From contig OZ243927.1 of the NCBI GenBank assembly GCA_965213925.1, positions 3,648,001 through 3,712,000 on the forward strand: DNA of 64,000 nt, in the 5' to 3' direction. The DNA is from Trueperaceae bacterium. Its GTDB lineage: Bacteria > Deinococcota > Deinococci > Deinococcales > Trueperaceae. How positions within the stretch are numbered: position 1 is the stretch's first letter; each line of letters begins with the position of its first letter. Below are positions 28,321 to 37,620 of the stretch, piece by piece. The notes under the pieces were generated by a model. That model did not search any database and was not told the DNA's origin. It saw only the letters and a list, made by a program, of their open reading frames with translations. The position numbers and the translations under genes are program-made.

Positions 28321-29448
28321 ATGAAACTAGGCATCCCAAAAGAGGTCAAACGGCACGAGTACCGCGTCTCGGCGACGCCGGGCGCGGTCAAGGCATTTGT
28401 AGACGCGGGGCATGAGGTCGTCGTCGAGACGCAAGCAGGCGTCGGCAGCGGCTTTTCCGACGGTGACTACGAGGCGCAGGGCGCGAGGGTCGTGGACAGC
28501 GCGGAGGAGGCGTGGGCGCAGCCGATGGTCATGAAGGTCAAGGAGCCTATCGAGCAGGAGTACGGCTTTTTACGTGACGAACAGTTGCTCTTTACCTATT
28601 TACACCTCGCCGCCGACAAGCCGCTCACCAAGGCGCTCCTGAGCGCAGGCACGACGGCGGTGGCGTACGAGACGGTGCAGCTTCCGGACAAGTCGCTCCC
28701 GCTCCTCACACCGATGAGCGAGGTTGCGGGGCGCATGGCGTCGCAGGTGGGGGCGTTCTATCTGAGCAAGTTTTTGGGCGGGCGCGGGCTGCTCTTAGGC
28801 GGTGTGCCGGGCGTGCAAGCGGGCGAGGTCGTCGTGTTAGGCGGCGGCGTCGTCGGGACGAACGCGGCGAAGATCGCGCTGGGGCTCGGGGCCAAGGTGA
28901 CGATTTTGGATATCGACCACTCGAGGCTCCAATACTTCGACGACATCTTCGGCAGCCGCATCCAGACGCTCGCCAGCACGCCCGCCAACATCGCGGAGGT
29001 GGTCACGAAGGCGGACCTCTTGGTGGGCGCGGTTTTAATTCCTGGCGCGAAAGCGCCGAACCTCGTCACAAAGGCGATGGTCGGCACGATGAAAGCGGGC
29101 AGCGTTATCGTGGACGTGGCGGTGGACCAGGGCGGCTGCATCGAGACGAGCAAACCCACTACGCACGACGAGCCGACCTTCGTGGTGGACGACGTGGTGC
29201 ATTACGGGGTGGCGAACATGCCTGGAGCGGTGCCGAATACGAGCACGATCGCGCTCTCGAACCAGACACTCTCTTACGCGCTCGAGCTTGCCAAACACGG
29301 TACTAAAGCCCTGCAAGACGACGACGCCTTGCTGAAAGGCTTGAACGCGCACCAGGGTCAGCTCACGCATAAAGGCGTGGGGGAGGCGTTCGGGCTCGAG
29401 TCCGTGTCCCCGGAGAACGCCCTCTCCGAGTCTCCGCTGTTTGCCTGA
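28321..29448 (+). CDS. ald: Alanine dehydrogenase
   Basis: GIPKEVK..EYRV, KVKEP, FTYLHLA, PMSEVAGR, VDVAVDQGGC and VANMPGAVP motifs. Confidence 0.96.
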   Translation: MKLGIPKEVKRHEYRVSATPGAVKAFVDAGHEVVVETQAGVGSGFSDGDYEAQGARVVDSAEEAWAQPMVMKVKEPIEQEYGFLRDEQLLFTYLHLAADKPLTKALLSAGTTAVAYETVQLPDKSLPLLTPMSEVAGRMASQVGAFYLSKFLGGRGLLLGGVPGVQAGEVVVLGGGVVGTNAAKIALGLGAKVTILDIDHSRLQYFDDIFGSRIQTLASTPANIAEVVTKADLLVGAVLIPGAKAPNLVTKAMVGTMKAGSVIVDVAVDQGGCIETSKPTTHDEPTFVVDDVVHYGVANMPGAVPNTSTIALSNQTLSYALELAKHGTKALQDDDALLKGLNAHQGQLTHKGVGEAFGLESVSPENALSESPLFA

Positions 29449-29527
29449 TTCCTTAGTTTGTAGAGGTGTACCCTGGACTCATCGTAAAGGTGGCTTACAG
29501 GGTACACGCGAGCGTCGCCGCAGCAAG

Positions 29528-30988
29528 CTACCCCTTCACGACCTCTTTGCGCGCTCCGAGCTTCCAGCGCACCCCTTCGGGCGTATCCTCCAGCACCACG
29601 CCGAGCGCCGCCAACCTGTCCCGAATCGCGTCCGCCGAACCGAAGTCGCGCCTGATTCGCGCCTCTTGCCGCTGCTCGCTTACCAGGTTGATAAGCCCGT
29701 CCAAGAGGTCGGTCCGGTCGTCCGACGGGGCGACATGACCGCTGCCGAGTACGCCCAAGACCTCGCCCGCAAGGTCGTCATAGAACGCCCTAGCCGCTCG
29801 TAAGAAGTTTTGGTCAGGCGCTTTAGCCAGTTTCGCGTTGATCTCCCTCGTCGCGTCGAACAGGGCGGCGACCGCGCGGGGCGTGTTGATGTCGTCGTCC
29901 ATCGCCGCGTCGAACTGGTTGCGGTATCCCTTCAGAGGGTCATCCTGAACCTCTTGACCGGCGTCATCCAAGCGGCGCGACACCTCGGCGTAGGTCTCCT
30001 GGATGCGCCTGAGTCCCTGCGCGCTGCCGCGCAAGCTCTCCTCGCTGAAGTCCGAAACCGAACGGTAATGCGTGCCCAGGAGGTGAAAGCGCACCGCGAC
30101 GGGGTCGTGCTCGGCAAAGAGGTCGGCGAGCGTGACGAAATGCCCTTTCGACTTCGCCATCTTTTCGCCGCCCAAAGTCACCATGTTGAAGTGCATCCAC
30201 GTGTTCGCGAACGCTTTGCCCGCCGCTTTCGCCTGCGCGATCTCGCATTCGTGGTGCGGAAAGATGAGGTCTAAGCCGCCGCCGTGGATATCGAAGTGGT
30301 CGCCCAGATACTTGGTGCTCATGACCGAGCACTCGATGTGCCAACCCGGATAGCCCTCGCCCCAGGGGGACGGCCAGCGCATGATGTGACCCGCTTCGGC
30401 TTTTTTCCACAACGCGAAGTCGCGCGGGTCGTCCTTCTCGCCGCGCACTTGTACACGGGTCCCTTCAACAAGGTCGTCCGTGTTGCGACCTGAAAGTTCG
30501 CCGTAATCGTCCCACGCGGACACGTCGAAGTAGACGCTGCCGTTACGTTCGTAGGCGACGCCCGCTTCGATGAGCGCACTAGCGAGTTCGATCTGTTCGG
30601 TGATGTGACCCGAGGCGCGCGGCACGACGTCGGGTCGGCGCACGTTGAGACGCTCGAGCGCGTCGAAATAGGTCCAGAAGTACTTCTCGGCGATCTCCAT
30701 CGGCTCGAGCCGCTCTAACTTCGCCCGCTTGAGAAGTTTATCTTCCCCTTCGTCCGCGTCGTCGGTCAAGTGCCCTACGTCGGTGATGTTCGAAACCATA
30801 CGGACGCGGAGTCGCTTGCGCTCTAAGTAGCGCTTCAACACGTCGAACGTGACGGGACCTCTCGCGTGCCCCAGATGCGGTTCGCTGTAGACGGTCGGCC
30901 CGCAGAAGTAGATGCCGACGTGACCTTCACTAATGGGCTTAAAGGGTTCTTTGGTGCGGGTCAAGCTGTTGTAAAGCTCGAGGGGCAT
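29528..30988 (-). CDS. cysS: Cysteine--tRNA ligase
   Basis: [33 protein letters not shown] and KMAKS motifs. Confidence 0.97.
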   Translation of the reverse strand: MPLELYNSLTRTKEPFKPISEGHVGIYFCGPTVYSEPHLGHARGPVTFDVLKRYLERKRLRVRMVSNITDVGHLTDDADEGEDKLLKRAKLERLEPMEIAEKYFWTYFDALERLNVRRPDVVPRASGHITEQIELASALIEAGVAYERNGSVYFDVSAWDDYGELSGRNTDDLVEGTRVQVRGEKDDPRDFALWKKAEAGHIMRWPSPWGEGYPGWHIECSVMSTKYLGDHFDIHGGGLDLIFPHHECEIAQAKAAGKAFANTWMHFNMVTLGGEKMAKSKGHFVTLADLFAEHDPVAVRFHLLGTHYRSVSDFSEESLRGSAQGLRRIQETYAEVSRRLDDAGQEVQDDPLKGYRNQFDAAMDDDINTPRAVAALFDATREINAKLAKAPDQNFLRAARAFYDDLAGEVLGVLGSGHVAPSDDRTDLLDGLINLVSEQRQEARIRRDFGSADAIRDRLAALGVVLEDTPEGVRWKLGARKEVVKG

Positions 30989-31189
30989 AGTGACAAGCTC
31001 CTTTACAGGCTAAGAGGTGTAACCGTGTGTTTTTAAGGAAAAAAGGTATGGGTTTATCCGTGTGCCGGGAGGACTCGGAAGTCTGACCCGCTAAGCAGCT
31101 TTACAACATCGTTCGGTATGGACCTTAAACATCATCGTTCTGAAAGTCTAGCACGAATGCGCGGGCGAGGTACGTTAAACTGGTAGACC

Positions 31190-31804
31190 GTGTCTAAAAC
31201 CTCTTACTTCACCGTCGCCAAAGAGACCGAATTCGAAGAGGTCGTGAAGGGCTCGAGGTTTATCGGGCGGGTCTCGAGCGCTCGAAGCGTCCAAGCAGCA
31301 CTCGCCAAACTCGAGGCGGTTCGCGCCACCTACCCCGACGCCACGCACCACCCTTGGGCGTATCTCATCGGCAGTGAGTTGCGCTTTTCGGATGACGGTG
31401 AGCCGGGGGGAACGGCGGGTCGTCCGATGTTAGAAACGCTACAAAAACATGGGCAGAAACGCGCGCTCGACCGCGTAGTCGGCGTCGTGACGCGCTACTA
31501 CGGCGGGACGAAACTCGGGGCGGGCGGCTTGGTGCGGGCGTACGGCGGGACGCTCGCGAAGACCTTGGACGCAGCCGGCGTCGTCGAAGTTAAACCTACC
31601 GTGACACTTTTTGTCAACGTACCGTTTACCGAGCTGGACACCGTACATCGGCTTTTGGATGCGTGGCGCGGGTTGCGCAAGGGGGAGCCCGAGTACACAG
31701 CGCAGGGACTGCGCTTAGCGGTGACGTTGTTCGCGGAAGATGAGGAGAGGTTGGCGCGGACGCTTACAGAGGTGACGCGGGGGCAGGTCGTTCTCAACGC
31801 TTGA
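31190..31804 (+). CDS. yigZ: YigZ/IMPACT family protein
   Basis: KGSRFIG, SDDGEPGGTAG and RYYGGTKLGAGGLVRAY motifs. Confidence 0.92.
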   Translation: MSKTSYFTVAKETEFEEVVKGSRFIGRVSSARSVQAALAKLEAVRATYPDATHHPWAYLIGSELRFSDDGEPGGTAGRPMLETLQKHGQKRALDRVVGVVTRYYGGTKLGAGGLVRAYGGTLAKTLDAAGVVEVKPTVTLFVNVPFTELDTVHRLLDAWRGLRKGEPEYTAQGLRLAVTLFAEDEERLARTLTEVTRGQVVLNA

Positions 31805-31830
31805 AAAACCGGAGGGTAAGGCGGCGCGGT

Positions 31831-31859
31831 GTAGGGGCGGGTTTCAAACCCGCCCCTAC
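31831..31859. repeat. GTAG-type REP-like palindrome
   Basis: GTAGGGGCGGGTTTCAAACCCGCCCCTAC between convergent genes; a near-identical inverted copy lies at 37514-37542. Confidence 0.85.
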
Positions 31860-31909
31860 GTAATAGCGCTGCACACGAATGAAGAGGTGCGGTGACTCAA
31901 GCGAAATTC

Positions 31910-33475
31910 TCAGCGGAAGTAGTCGCGCAAGATGTCTTGATATTCCACCGGGATGCGTCCCTCGTTGATGGCTTCTTCGGCGGCGCGTTCGTACTCGGCG
32001 CTCGTCTGGGCGTTTGGAATGTCCACCTCTCTCGAGCCGGGGGCTAGCGTCTCGCCAGCGGCGTTGACCGCGCCTTCGCTGCGCTGCCCTTCCAGGAGTT
32101 CGGGTCCGGTTTGCGGAGTGCCCTCTAAGCGCTCGGCTGAACTAGGGGCGGCTTCGGACGGCAAGCTGCCCGAGCCGTTCGCGTCTTCGCCCTCGGGTAC
32201 GTTCTGCGCGCCGCCCTCTTGCTCGCCCTCTTGGGCTCCGGCTGAACCGCCCTGCGCGCTCTCGCCCTGAGTGGGGTCGCCCTCGCTCTGTCCGCTCTCC
32301 CCTGCTCCCTCTTCCTGCTGGCCCTCCTGCTGACCTTCACTCTCGCCCTGCGCCCCTTGGGGCTGCTCGCCCTCCGCGCTTTGCTCCTGCTCGGAGGGCG
32401 TACCTTCCGAGCCGCCTTCCTGTTGCTCGCCTTCGCGAGGGGACTGGGTCTGTTCCGGCGCGCCTTCACCGGACGCGCCCTCTTCTTGTCCGTCCTGGGC
32501 ACCCTCGCCTTGTTCTCCTTGTTCTCCTTGCTGACCTTGCTCTCCCTGTCCCTGCTGACCCTCGCCTTGTTCACCCTGCTGGTCTTGGGCACTCTGATCG
32601 CGCTGCCCCTCGTTCGGCGCTTGCGAGCCCTGGTTAGGCGCTGCGCCCCCCTCGCCCTGCGCCTCGTCCCTCGAGAAAGGGTTGCGCTCTGCGCCACTAG
32701 GCTGCGCCCCGTCCTCCTGCGCCTCTAAAGACTCCAAGTAACGCTCTAAGGTCTCGCTGTCGGCGCTTCCCTCTGCGTCCATTTCACCGCCCTCGCCGCT
32801 GACGTCTTCGCCGGGCGCGTCGAAGGTGCGCTCTAACTCGGGTTGCGCGTCCTGAGCGGCGTCCTCTGCCGCGGGAGCTTCGGGCGTTTCGGCTTCGTCC
32901 GCGCCACCGTCCGCACCTTCGTCTGCGTCGCTCTGCGCAGCGGGCGGCGCGCCCTCGTTGGGGGATAAGGGCGCGTTGTCGCCCCCTAAGCCGCCTCCCA
33001 AACCACCGGGGAGGCTGAGCGCCGGGAGCACCGCGAGGCTAAGCGCCACCGCGAGCAGCGGGAGCCACCAGGGTTGCGCGGCGGGCGGCTCGAGCCGCTT
33101 CGTCGTGCGCTCGACCTGCGCGCTCAGCGCCCGCACGAAGCCGTAGGCGTCCTCGTCCGGGCGCTCTGGTCGCTCCAGCGCCGTGCGGTAAGCGAGCCCC
33201 GCGCGTTCGTCTATCCAGCCGAGCGCCCAAGGTTCGGTACGCTCTAAAGGCCAGGCAAACCCCGCCGCGAACCCTAGCCCGACGGACGCGAGGTGTAGCG
33301 CGAAAGGGAGGTCGAGAAGCCAAGCCACAAACGATGCGGCGAGCGCCGCGCCCGAACAGATGAGGAGCCTCGAGCGCCGCGCGCGACCTCGTGCGAGCGA
33401 GCGGTGCAAGGTTAGGGAGGGCGCGGCTTCGCTTGCGCCCGTATTCTGTCTTTGTCTCTGACTGGGTTTAATCAT
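31910..33475 (-). CDS. Hypothetical membrane protein with long E/Q/G-rich disordered region
   Basis: N-terminal transmembrane helices, QGEQG repeats and C-terminal IPVEYQDILRDYF, a motif type seen in MoxR/VWA-associated proteins. Confidence 0.75.
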   Translation of the reverse strand: MIKPSQRQRQNTGASEAAPSLTLHRSLARGRARRSRLLICSGAALAASFVAWLLDLPFALHLASVGLGFAAGFAWPLERTEPWALGWIDERAGLAYRTALERPERPDEDAYGFVRALSAQVERTTKRLEPPAAQPWWLPLLAVALSLAVLPALSLPGGLGGGLGGDNAPLSPNEGAPPAAQSDADEGADGGADEAETPEAPAAEDAAQDAQPELERTFDAPGEDVSGEGGEMDAEGSADSETLERYLESLEAQEDGAQPSGAERNPFSRDEAQGEGGAAPNQGSQAPNEGQRDQSAQDQQGEQGEGQQGQGEQGQQGEQGEQGEGAQDGQEEGASGEGAPEQTQSPREGEQQEGGSEGTPSEQEQSAEGEQPQGAQGESEGQQEGQQEEGAGESGQSEGDPTQGESAQGGSAGAQEGEQEGGAQNVPEGEDANGSGSLPSEAAPSSAERLEGTPQTGPELLEGQRSEGAVNAAGETLAPGSREVDIPNAQTSAEYERAAEEAINEGRIPVEYQDILRDYFR

Positions 33476-33477
33476 CC

Positions 33478-34101
33478 TTATGCCCCCTCTTCACGCGGCG
33501 TCGGGCGAACGAGGTAGACCAGCGTCGCACCTGCACAGAGCCCCGCTAAGGCGAGGTGCAACGCGGAAACGTGCGCGACCGCGGTAAACGGATTGAGTAT
33601 CGGCTGCGCCACCCAAGAACTCGCCCACACGTCGAACGAGACGACGCCGACGAGGATGAGGGGCACGACGAGCGGCAAGAGCGTGCGCAGCCTCAGCTTG
33701 CTGAGCAGCGCGCCGAGCGCTAGACCGACCCCGAAGAACGCGGCGATGTCTAAGGTACACGCGAGGAGCGACCACCAGAGCGGCGTCACGGGGTAGCTCG
33801 CGGCGTAGGTCGCAGTTTCTAAAGGCAGCGCGAGCACGTGAAAGCAGCCGAGCGCGGCGAGCGTGAGCCGCTGCTCGGTGCGCGAGCGCGGGCTCGAGGT
33901 CGCGCCGTAAGCGAGCCCTAAAAGCGCCAACGCCGCCACCTTGGTCTGCGCGAGCGCGTACCAACTGTTGTTGGTCTCGAGCGCGTCCGAGGGCCAGGAG
34001 ATGACCAGCACGAAGATGAGGAGCGCGAGCAGCCCCATAAAGAGCTGCGTCATATCCTCACGGCGTAAGAGGGCGCTGAGCGCCCCTAAGGACGAGGTCA
34101 C
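33478..34101 (-). CDS. Hypothetical multi-pass membrane protein
   Basis: About six hydrophobic segments; translationally coupled (GTGA overlap). Confidence 0.75.
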   Translation of the reverse strand: MTSSLGALSALLRREDMTQLFMGLLALLIFVLVISWPSDALETNNSWYALAQTKVAALALLGLAYGATSSPRSRTEQRLTLAALGCFHVLALPLETATYAASYPVTPLWWSLLACTLDIAAFFGVGLALGALLSKLRLRTLLPLVVPLILVGVVSFDVWASSWVAQPILNPFTAVAHVSALHLALAGLCAGATLVYLVRPTPREEGA

Positions 34102-35591
34102 AGCCCTGCCTCCGCGCAGTAACGGGCTGTCCCGCCGTCCGCACCGCTTCGTTTTTGGGCGGGTCCGGTCGGCTCATCCGTCAGCTCGCCCACCCCTTCG
34201 CCTACCCCTTCGTCCAGCGCATCCCCGCGCGCACTTTCGGACGCGCTCGGTAGAGGCGACGTAGATGTGACCGCCGCTGCGCGCGAGCGCACTGCCGCGC
34301 GGGAGGTGCGGCAGGAGCGGGCTGTAGGTCGCAGGGGGCAAGCTGTCGCGCATCCGCACGGCGAGGCGTTCGCATCGGCGGCGATGTCGCCCTGTTGCCC
34401 GAACCCTACGACGAACACGTCGCCCAGGGGAGCCGAACCGCTATTGACCAGCGCGTCGCCCTCCCAGTAGAACGTCGCCGTTTCGAAGCGCGGCGCGAGC
34501 ACGAGCGTGACCGCCGACCAGCGCGGCATATCGAAGCGGAGGCTGCCTGGCGACGCCCGCCACGAGGTCAGCTCGAGGGGATAAGCGTTGACGTCTAAAC
34601 GGCGCGTCCCTTCGGGCAGGCTAAAGAGCGTGCGCAGCTCCAGGGTCTGCGCGAGCCCGCCGCTCGCTAGGGTGACGCTGCGGCTGCGGGTCAGGGTGGC
34701 GTCGGCGGGTCTCAGGTAGCCCCACGCGCCCGCGGCGAAAAGGAGCGCCAGCGACAGCCCCGCGATAAGCCCCGGCACGCGCCCGAAGCGGACCACGAGG
34801 AGCGCGGCGAGCGCGTAGAGGCTCGCACCCAGCAAAACGACTTGCTGCGGCATGCTCGGCGGGCCGCGCTGCAGGTCGGGCGAGATGAGGGCGCTTTGCA
34901 GCGCGTTACGCTCTATCGTCGGCAGTGGCGACACCTCCGCGCCTTCCCCTACGCGCTCGAGCCAACCCGACCCGAGACGCTGCACCTCGCGCCGCGCGAG
35001 CCCGCGCAGGTCACCCGTGAGCGGTTCTAACAGGCGCACACTCGTCCCCGCCGCCGCCGCCGCCGCTACCGTCCGAGCGGACGCCTCGCCTCCGACCCAC
35101 AGCGTCGCCACGCCCGCATACGCGCTCGGACGCCCAGGCAGCGTATCCGCACGCACGTCGACGACTCTCGCCTCACGCGCTAAGGCGTCAGGCGGTAAGT
35201 TGACGCCCATACCTAAGAGGTGGAGCGGTCGTGGGTCGACCCTGCGCCTATCGATGCTGCCACTCGCCAAGACGCTATCTTGGGTCCGCACCGCCCAGGT
35301 CAGCCGCCGCCACGCCGGGATGTAGAGGTCGTCTTCGAACACATAAAGACCGCTGCCCCCGGCTAAAGGGGCGCGGTAAGAGACGAGTTGCTCGCCGTCG
35401 CGCAGGTTGCCCTGGTCGATCTCTAAAACGAACTCGGCCGCGCTCCGGTCACGTAAGGAGATGCGCAGCGGGTTCCAGGTATTCGCGACCACCTCACCGG
35501 AGAAACCCAGCGTCACCTGAACGTCGCTGTTCTGAGCCAAAGCAACGCTCAACGCCGAAAGGAGTGCGAAGAAAAAACTAACTCTAACCAC
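34098..35591 (-). CDS. Hypothetical exported/membrane protein with an apparent compensated frameshift near the 3' end
   Basis: Start placed at GTG 35591, 7 nt after TAAACT. Signal peptide, TLGFSG...WNPLRISL and two transmembrane helices. Confidence 0.7.
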   Translation of the reverse strand: MVRVSFFFALLSALSVALAQNSDVQVTLGFSGEVVANTWNPLRISLRDRSAAEFVLEIDQGNLRDGEQLVSYRAPLAGGSGLYVFEDDLYIPAWRRLTWAVRTQDSVLASGSIDRRRVDPRPLHLLGMGVNLPPDALAREARVVDVRADTLPGRPSAYAGVATLWVGGEASARTVAAAAAAGTSVRLLEPLTGDLRGLARREVQRLGSGWLERVGEGAEVSPLPTIERNALQSALISPDLQRGPPSMPQQVVLLGASLYALAALLVVRFGRVPGLIAGLSLALLFAAGAWGYLRPADATLTRSRSVTLASGGLAQTLELRTLFSLPEGTRRLDVNAYPLELTSWRASPGSLRFDMPRWSAVTLVLAPRFETATFYWEGDALVNSGSAPLGDVFVVGFGQQGDIAADANASPCGCATACPLRPTARSCRTSRAAVRSRAAAVTSTSPLPSASESARGDALDEGVGEGVGELTDEPTGPAQKRSGADGGTARYCAEAGL

Positions 35592-35710
35592 TACCCATAG
35601 TTTACCAGCTGACTCCTGAGAAACCGTGACCCGCGCAGACGAACCCATCCGCATACGTGCAGCGTTTGCAAAGAGGGTTGCGAGCGTTCCGACCTTATTC
35701 TGAGCGTTGA

Positions 35711-35811
35711 AGTGCTTCGGCTTCGAAAACCTCAACCACTATAAAAAGGTTTCTACGCTTGAGGCGGACTTCGTTGGCGTTCTCCAGTTCAGATTATTTC
35801 GGTGAACCTAC
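35711..35811 (+). repeat. Dispersed repeat family A copy
   Basis: AGTGCTTCGGCTTCGA...ACGCT...CGGACTTCG...AGATTATTTCGGTG.ACCTAC, colinear with 23275-23376. Confidence 0.8.
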
Positions 35812-35987
35812 CTTGTTCTAAGCGTTTAGCAGTTACCAATCAGCGCTATGAGGCGTCGCGGCGAATCCTGCACACGCTGACGAGCGCGGCGTCGCCTGTG
35901 CCCGCAACCAAAAGAGAAACTCTCAGCCTAGAGACCGAGAGCTTGTCTTTTTCAACGCGACCTCTTCGCGAGGTCTTATAAAAGCGT

Positions 35988-36131
35988 TTAAGCTAACAGG
36001 TTGAGAACAATCGCAGCGGAGCCGCCTGTTTCGCCGCCCGTTTCGCCACCATTACCGTCTTCATCATCGCTGCAGCCTACGAGTGCGGTTGCTAAAACCA
36101 AGAGAAAAATCAAAGATGCGCGTTTCATCAT
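35988..36131 (-). CDS. Small lipoprotein (47 aa), below the ORF-track cutoff
   Basis: MMKRASLIFLLVLATALVG-CSDDEDGNGGETGGETGGSAAIVLNLLA; GGAG RBS, lipobox LVGC and downstream hairpins. Confidence 0.75.
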   Translation of the reverse strand: MMKRASLIFLLVLATALVGCSDDEDGNGGETGGETGGSAAIVLNLLA

Positions 36132-36303
36132 GTAAACTCCTATGTTGAGTGAAAATTTTTACACCACAGAGCGGCGTAAAGTGTTAAGAGCAAGAGTGAC
36201 ATGTGAAAGAATGAGAATTCTGCAATGCTTATGAGAAGATTAGAGAAGGACTCCGAGTAGGGCGTGCTCGCGACGGGTACTAAACTATGTCAAACTCGGA
36301 GCT

Positions 36304-37272
36304 ATGAACGCGATACAGATAACCGAAAACGGCAACGCGGACGTGCTCGAGCTTAGAGAAGTTGATGCGCCCCAACCTGACAAGGGTGAAGTTTTGGTCA
36401 AAGTTGAGGCGGCAGGCTTAAACTTCATCGACATCTACCGCCGCGAAGGACACTACCCGGTCTCGCTTCCGCACATCCCCGGCAGCGAGGCGGCGGGCGT
36501 GGTCGAGGCGGTAGGCGAGGGCGTCAGCGAAGTTGAGGTGGGGGACCGCGTGGCGGGCGTAAGTTTCAGCGGGGCGTACGCGGAGTTCGCGCTCGCGCCC
36601 GCTCAAACACTCGTCAAGGTGCCGGACGGGGTCAGCGGCGAGCAAGCGGCAGCCGTGATGCTCCAGGGTATGACCGCGCACTACCTCACGCACACGACCT
36701 ATCCGCTCCGAGAAGGTGAGACTTGCCTCGTTCACGCAGCGGCGGGGGGCGTCGGGCTGCTCCTCGTGCAGATGGCGAAGAAGCGCGGGGCGCGGGCTAT
36801 AGGCACCGTCTCCACCGAAGAGAAAGAACGCTTAGCGAGAGAGGCGGGCGCGGACGACATCATTCGCTACACGGAGCAAGACTTCGAGGAAGAGGTCAAA
36901 CGGTTGACGGACGGTGAGGGCGTGCAGGTCGTCTACGATTCGGTAGGCAAGTCGACCTTCGAGAAGGGGCTTGATTGCCTCGCCATGCGCGGCATGATGG
37001 CGCTCTTCGGGCAGTCGAGCGGGACGGTGGAGCCTTTCAATCTGCAGACGCTCAACGCGAAGGGCTCGCTTTTCCTGACGCGCCCTTCGCTCTTTCACTA
37101 CGTCGCCAAGCGCGACGAGCTTGTGGAGCGGGCGAACGACGTGCTCGGCTGGGTGGCGGCGGGCGAGCTTAGCGTGCGCGTCGATTCGAAGCTGCCGCTC
37201 GCCGACGCGGGCGAGGCGCACCGGCGTTTAGAGGGGCGCAAAACGGCGGGGAAAGTGTTGCTCGAGCCATGA
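36304..37272 (+). CDS. qor: NADPH:quinone oxidoreductase (zeta-crystallin type)
   Basis: GLNFIDIY.R.GHY, LQGMTAHYL, HAAAGGVG, YDSVG and GSLFLTRPSL motifs. Confidence 0.92.
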   Translation: MNAIQITENGNADVLELREVDAPQPDKGEVLVKVEAAGLNFIDIYRREGHYPVSLPHIPGSEAAGVVEAVGEGVSEVEVGDRVAGVSFSGAYAEFALAPAQTLVKVPDGVSGEQAAAVMLQGMTAHYLTHTTYPLREGETCLVHAAAGGVGLLLVQMAKKRGARAIGTVSTEEKERLAREAGADDIIRYTEQDFEEEVKRLTDGEGVQVVYDSVGKSTFEKGLDCLAMRGMMALFGQSSGTVEPFNLQTLNAKGSLFLTRPSLFHYVAKRDELVERANDVLGWVAAGELSVRVDSKLPLADAGEAHRRLEGRKTAGKVLLEP

Positions 37273-37274
37273 AA

Positions 37275-37490
37275 GCAGGTATACCCCGTTTGGGGCACCT
37301 TACCCGCTAAAGCAGGGCTTCTCCCGAAGGTGTGCGAAGCGTTACGGAGTAAGGGCTACGCAAACGAAGTTTTGCCTCCGGCAAACAGGTTATTTGGTCA
37401 CAAACGCGCTCACTGTGGAGAACACAGTTTAGCACGCACATAATAAAGATAATATCTGCGTGATTCAAACTCAGTATCTCTGTTAAGCAC
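37275..37490 (+). repeat. Dispersed repeat family B, degenerate copy
   Basis: Shares GCAGGTATACCC / TACCCGCTAAAGCAG, AGCACGCAC and CTCAGTAT...TGTTAAGC with 57491-57690. Confidence 0.55.
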
Positions 37491-37513
37491 GGTTGTTCCA
37501 GCAATCAATCTTC

Positions 37514-37610
37514 GTAGGGGCGGGTTTGAAACTCGCCCCTACACCGCGTCACATTCTACTGAACGGAATACAGCGCTGTCTCGTAGGGGGGATTCATGAA
37601 TCCCCCCTAC
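37514..37610. repeat. Two GTAG-type REP-like palindromes
   Basis: 37514-37542 GTAGGGGCGGGTTTGAAACTCGCCCCTAC and 37583-37610 GTAGGGGGGATTCATGAATCCCCCCTAC. Confidence 0.85.
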
Positions 37611-37620
37611 GCTCGGTTCC

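Noticed and set aside
32200..32620. QGEQG-type repeats as a distinct repeat element
   Set aside because: Low-complexity coding sequence of a disordered linker.
35592..35735. N-terminal extension of the 545-aa ORF
   Set aside because: It runs into repeat family A; the signal peptide begins at GTG 35591.
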